Below are positions 8,285 to 12,799 of a stretch of 12,799 bases of DNA, piece after piece. The position numbers were made by a program, and so were the translations under genes. Source of the stretch: Octopus sinensis. Taxonomy: Eukaryota. The notes under the pieces were generated by a model. That model was not told the DNA's origin, ran no database searches, and saw only the letters and a list, made by a program, of their open reading frames with translations. The stretch covers positions 1-12,799 of the forward strand of contig NW_021826517.1 in assembly GCF_006345805.1 (NCBI RefSeq). The letters are read 5' to 3'. Numbering within the stretch: position 1 is the stretch's first letter; the number at the start of each line of letters is the position of its first letter.

Positions 8285-8649
8285 TAAAAAGCCGCGCTAA
8301 TAAACACACGTATGGAATGATGAAGATGTAGGAAGAAGCAGCCTGTGTCAACCTCAACTTTATTGCTTAGAATCGTTTGATGAAAAGTGTCTGGAAGCAC
8401 GTCATATGAATTCTAAGATGAACTAGAATATCATGTACATCCCTATCACCAAATGATGGTAATGGGACGAGTACAGTGGTACGGGGAGGGCAATCCCCTA
8501 CTTTCAGATCACAGCAATTGAGTAAGGAACCTTATAGCTCTTAACGCCATTTCTTCCAAACTTCAATGTCCTTTACTTTCACCTAAAATAGATTTTAGCA
8601 TACTCACAATTCATGAAGCTTATTTCTATCAATGGTCATACGAAGACAT

Positions 8650-8974
8650 ACTCTTTTATTCTCTTTTACTTGTTTCAGTCACTTGACTGCGGCCATGCTG
8701 AAGCACCGCCTTTAGTCGAGCAAATCGACCCCAGAACTTATTCTTTTTGTAAGCCTAGTACTTATTCTATCAGTCTCTTTTGTCGAACCGCTAAATTACG
8801 GGGACGTAAACACACCACCATTGGTTGTCAAGTGATATTGGTGGGGACAAACACAGACATACAAACATATAAACACACACATACATATACATATATAAGA
8901 CACGCGTCTTTCAGCTTCTGTCTGCCAAATTCACTCACAAGGCTTTGGTCGGCTTGAGACTATAGTAGAAGACA
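8650..8974 (-). mobile_element. SINE family C lacking its tRNA-like head
   Basis: Highly similar to 5810-6138. Homology stops at TAGTAGAAGACA. Confidence 0.92.
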
Positions 8975-8996
8975 GAACGTAACGGCAGACGAAATA

Positions 8997-9206
8997 TCTA
9001 TTTCTTTACTACCCACAAGGGGCTAAACACAGACAGGACAAACAAGGACATTATATCGACCCCAGTGCGTGATTGGTACTTATTTATCGACCCCGAAAGG
9101 ATGAAAAGTAAAGTCGACCTCGGCGGAATTTGAACTCAGAACGTAACGGCAGACGAAATACGGCTACGCATTTCGCCCGGCGTGCTAACGTTTCTGCCAG
9201 CTCGCC
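8997..9206 (-). mobile_element. SINE family B, full length, tail type 2
   Basis: Matches the reverse complement of 2136-2370, with a short deletion in the tail. Confidence 0.92.
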
Positions 9207-9265
9207 ATCTCATATAACAAAATATCACAATAGCGTCTATTGCCTCTAGTTAATTATATTCCCCA

Positions 9266-9267
9266 CC

Positions 9268-9332
<65 letters not shown>

Positions 9333-9425
9333 CTATCTCTACCTGTATCTCTCTCTCTCTCACTTTCTTCTATTTCTCACCCGGCCTATCTCTCTACTTC
9401 TCTCTCTCTCTTTCTCTCTCCCTCC
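9266..9425 (+). repeat. (CT)n/(CTAT)n polypyrimidine microsatellite
   Basis: Directly visible. Confidence 0.95.
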
Positions 9426-9594
9426 TTCGCTATTCCTAATACTTCTCAGATTCTGCTACATTTTATATATAATTATTAGAGGCTTGATTTCTTTAAAGCT
9501 AAGCAACTCATTTACTATTCCCTGATAGGATCTAATTTGCATATTTTTAATTGACCCGAGTGCAGCGCATCTTCCAATTGATTTCATCTTCTCT

Positions 9595-9790
9595 TATAAA
9601 TACAAAACAAAAATCAACAAAACATACAAAATAAGAGAGGACAAAAAAAAATACTCTCCCAAAAAAAAAAAAAATTAATAAACATAAATAACGAATGAAA
9701 ATAAAAATAAAAAATAAAAAATAAAAACATGAAAATTTAAAAATACTAATACAACAAAAATAAGCAATAAAAATAAATAAACAAAAAATC
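9595..9790 (+). repeat. A-rich low-complexity tract
   Basis: Repeated A3-A13 runs. Confidence 0.9.
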
Positions 9791-9962
9791 AATAGGATTG
9801 TTGAATAGAATACGGTATTGAGTACATCATGTTCTATGGATGTTAAAGGATCTACATTGATCCGTGCGTTCAATAGAGAGCGCTGGCATTCGAGTTAGTC
9901 TGTTGATGTTCACACGTTACAGTCATCCGTGGTATCTTATGTAATAAAACACCTATAAATAT

Positions 9963-10107
9963 TTATTGGTGGAAGGGGCGGGTTGGCGGGAAGAAAAATT
10001 TTTTGATTCCGTTTTGGCATTTTTGTATTTTGCATTTCTGTTTTTTTTTTTTTTTTTTTTTGTTTTCCTTTCATAATACTCTTACTGGAACTTGCTTGAT
10101 GACGTCA
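9963..10107. promoter_or_regulatory. Candidate regulatory cluster: reverse CCAAT, GC box, E2F site, full CRE
   Basis: ATTGG near 9965, GGGGCGGG 9975, TTGGCGGGAA 9983, TGACGTCA 10100. Motif match only. Confidence 0.3.
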
Positions 10108-10412
10108 GTCATGCAAAGTGTTATATTTTGCTTCGTTTTTTTTTGTTGTTGTTGTTTGTTTTGTTTTTTTTTTGTTTTTTCCCCCTCGTTTGTCTGATCG
10201 GAAGGGTTTGCAGCTTTTTATATATTCAGCACCATAAATCATTAAAAATTCGCTTCTTCGCTTCTTTTTAAGGGAGAGAGAAAAAACAAAAAAAAGGACA
10301 AAGAAAGAAAGACAGAAAAAAAGCGAAAGAGAGAAAGTGAGAGATAGAAAGAAGAAAACGAAGAGAGAGAGAGAGAGAGAGAGAAATGGAGGCAGAGAGA
10401 GAAAGAGTAAGA
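10020..10412 (+). repeat. T-rich tracts (10020-10180) followed by an A/AG purine tract (10262-10412)
   Basis: Directly visible. Confidence 0.9.
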
Positions 10413-10506
10413 ATGACATAGAGTTCCCCCAGTTTTCATTTTTTTCTATAGTATTGTATTTTTCTCTTATCCCTCTCTATTTTGGGAAGTTTGCCTTACC
10501 ATTACG

Positions 10507-10583
10507 ATATATATATATATACATCTTTATATATATATATATGAGTATATATATATATATATATGCAAACACAGAGATTAATG

Positions 10584-10630
<47 letters not shown>

Positions 10631-11089
10631 GTATATGTCATATATTCATGTATATATGCATATATGTGTGTGTATACCTTTATGCATATGTATACATACA
10701 TCTGTACATACACAAATATATATACGTAAATACGTGCATAATTCTCTCTATATATATATTTGTGTGTGTGTGTATGTAAATAAATATGTATTTATATACA
10801 TATATGGTTATGTATATTATATATATATATATACATTATAACTATATATGTGTGTGTACGTAAGTACATATATTTATATATGTGAATATACAAATAGTGT
10901 CTATATATATATAAACATATATATGTTATGTATTATATATATATATACATAACATATATATGTTTATATATATATATACATATATTTGTATATTCACATA
11001 TATAAATATATGTACTTACGTACACATACACGTACACACACATGCACACACACATATACACACACATATATACATATATATATATATAT
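10507..11089. repeat. TA/TG/CA microsatellite mosaic containing a 174-bp palindrome (10853-11026)
   Basis: Perfect arms 10853-10896/10983-11026 (44 bp) and 10902-10933/10945-10976 (32 bp). Confidence 0.93.
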
Positions 11090-11484
11090 GTTGGATTTCT
11101 TTACCGGTTTCTACAAACTTCCTTTTACACTAATGTTGTATGTTTAAAACAGATACAAAGATGAGAAGAAGAAGAAAAAAACAGAGTCTTATCGGGTAAG
11201 AATCCCTCCCTCCGTTGTATTCTTACAGCACAGTGAAAAGACGAATTTACTAGAGGGAAACTATAAAATATTTCCCTTACATGGTAAATCTTTCCTACCT
11301 GTTTTCTTGTTTTTATTTCTATTTCATTTATGATGTTAGCAAGTTTGTTATTTATTTATTTTGTTTACGTTATCCGTTGTACAGCAACAGGGGAGGAGAA
11401 AGCCTTGTTGAAATCTCCTGTGTGGGTGGATTGGAAAGATAAAGTGCGTGGGTTACAGTTGGGGTACGATTAATATGTGGCAAT

Positions 11485-11492
11485 ATATATAT

Positions 11493-11550
<58 letters not shown>
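11485..11550. repeat. (TA)n microsatellite
   Basis: Directly visible. Confidence 0.95.
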
Positions 11551-11559
<9 letters not shown>

Positions 11560-11641
11560 TTAATGTAGGAGAACATCTTTTCGAAAAACTTTTTATTAAT
11601 GGCCAGCATATTAAAAAATACTTTTAAAGGTTAAAATCATA

Positions 11642-11817
11642 AACTACTTATAAATAGGCAAACGAAAAAATTCTAAATGCCAAATATGCCGAAAAATTTC
11701 GGTTTTTTCGAGTAGCGGCGTGCGTTCTGTGAAAAATTATATGGTAATGGACAATATGTCCAATTTTTCGGCATAATGGCATTAGAAATTTTTCGTTTTG
11801 CCCTTATTTATAAGTAG

Positions 11818-11819
<2 letters not shown>
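11642..11819. mobile_element. MITE-like non-autonomous DNA transposon, ~57-bp terminal inverted repeats (TIRs), probable TA target
   Basis: Left arm ACTACTTATAAATAGGCAAACGAAAAAATTCTAAATGCCAAATATGCCGAAAAATT versus reverse complement of right arm ACTACTTATAAATAAGGGCAAAACGAAAAATTTCTAATGCCATTATGCCGAAAAATT. TA on both flanks. No ORF. Confidence 0.8.
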
Positions 11820-11848
<29 letters not shown>

Positions 11849-11855
11849 ACATACT

Positions 11856-12108
11856 AATCGTGAGACCTGCATGTGTGGTGATGTGGGTTTCTTTAAAACT
11901 AAACTGGATCTCATCTTGTCAGGGGTTCCAGATGAACCTACCTCTCGGCAGGAAACACAGATGCGGGCAGCGGCGTCGAACTCCCTTGTTGACCAAGTGC
12001 TACGTATGAAAGGTGGTTTCACTACTAGTGTAGCTCATTCAACGTTGGTGCCCGGGCATGGCCGCAGCTTTCGGGCTGAACATTTTTAAGGATTAAGGAT
12101 TTAAGAAT
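11856..12108 (+). mobile_element. 3' end of a 5'-truncated CR1/L2-type non-LTR retrotransposon (ORF2 C-terminus, 3' tail, short-repeat end)
   Basis: DVGFFKTKLDLILSGVPDEP...RAAASNSLVDQ fits the FKxxLDxxLxxxPDEP...SNS C-terminus I recall from invertebrate CR1-like ORF2. Ends in imperfect TAAGGAT repeats. Confidence 0.75.
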
Positions 12109-12452
12109 ATATGTATATATATATATACATATATACGACGGGCTTCTTTCGGTTTCCGTCTACCAAATCTGCTCAGAAAGCTTTTATTCTTGTAGTCTTT
12201 TAACTGTTTCAGTCATTTGATTTCACTGCGCCAATGCTGGAGCACCGTCTTTTAGTCGAAGCAATCTCCCCCAGGACTCATTCTGTCTAAGCCTGATACT
12301 TATTCTGTCGGTTTGCTTTGCAGGACCGCTAAGTAACGGGGACATAAACACACCAACATCAGTTCTCAACTGAGGAGGAGGGGGAAAACACAGACACAAA
12401 TGAACATACACACAAATACACACACATCCACGCACACACACACACACACATA
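12109..12452 (-). mobile_element. SINE-C pieces in permuted order (middle segment 12109-12181, 3' half 12182-12452)
   Basis: ACGACGGGCTTCTTTCGGTTTCCGTCTACCAAATC matches 6062-6100. GTTTCAGTCATTTG...GGAGCACCG...AACACACCAACATC matches 5828-5980. Confidence 0.8.
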
Positions 12453-12531
12453 TAAGTTTGATTTTATTTTAAGTAATATTGTTAAATTTTTCTATATTTA
12501 TTTGTTAATTATTATAAGTCAAGATACGTAC

Positions 12532-12559
12532 ATTTATTTTATCATTATTATTATTATTA

Positions 12560-12623
<64 letters not shown>

Positions 12624-12682
12624 CATTATTATTATTATCATATTATTATTATCTTATTATTATTACTTATTATTATTATTAT
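12532..12682 (+). repeat. (ATT)n microsatellite with ATC interruptions
   Basis: Directly visible; source of the poly-Ile ORF. Confidence 0.97.
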
Positions 12683-12799
12683 TTAGCATAAGTGGTATAC
12701 TTTTCATCACAACCGCGCCCACCCTACGGTAAACTATATGAAAATGACTTCAAAATTTTTTAAATACGTCACAAATATATTTTAACCAACTCAAGTTCT

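Noticed and set aside
9547-9873. 108-aa hydrophobic ORF resembling a membrane protein
   Set aside because: Hydrophobicity comes from the antisense of an A-rich tract, and the start is TTG.
11804-12089. 72-aa ORFs on both strands as stand-alone genes
   Set aside because: The plus ORF is the remnant C-terminus of a LINE ORF2, and the minus ORF is its antisense.

Overview
This is eukaryotic non-coding DNA, most likely intronic or intergenic sequence from an octopus (coleoid cephalopod). That assignment is inferred from the very high microsatellite load and from tRNA-derived SINE families I recall from octopus genomes; it was not checked against any database. No protein-coding gene could be recognised, and nearly all ORFs in the track are translations of microsatellites. 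Three SINE families recur, labelled A, B and C here. There is also a 5'-truncated CR1/L2-type LINE end and a MITE. Notable structures: (1) a 128-bp-period tandem array of SINE-A tRNA-like heads facing an opposite-strand 339-bp-period SINE-A array, with a perfect hairpin at the switch point; (2) a LINE 3' end sharing its tail and a 14-nt stem-loop with SINE-C, suggesting a LINE-SINE partner pair; (3) an old inverted repeat of about 350 bp with one copy split by a SINE with a target-site duplication (TSD); (4) a 174-bp near-perfect palindrome; (5) rearranged SINEs, two promoter-like motif clusters and a few low-confidence exon candidates. All alignments were done by eye and boundaries are approximate.
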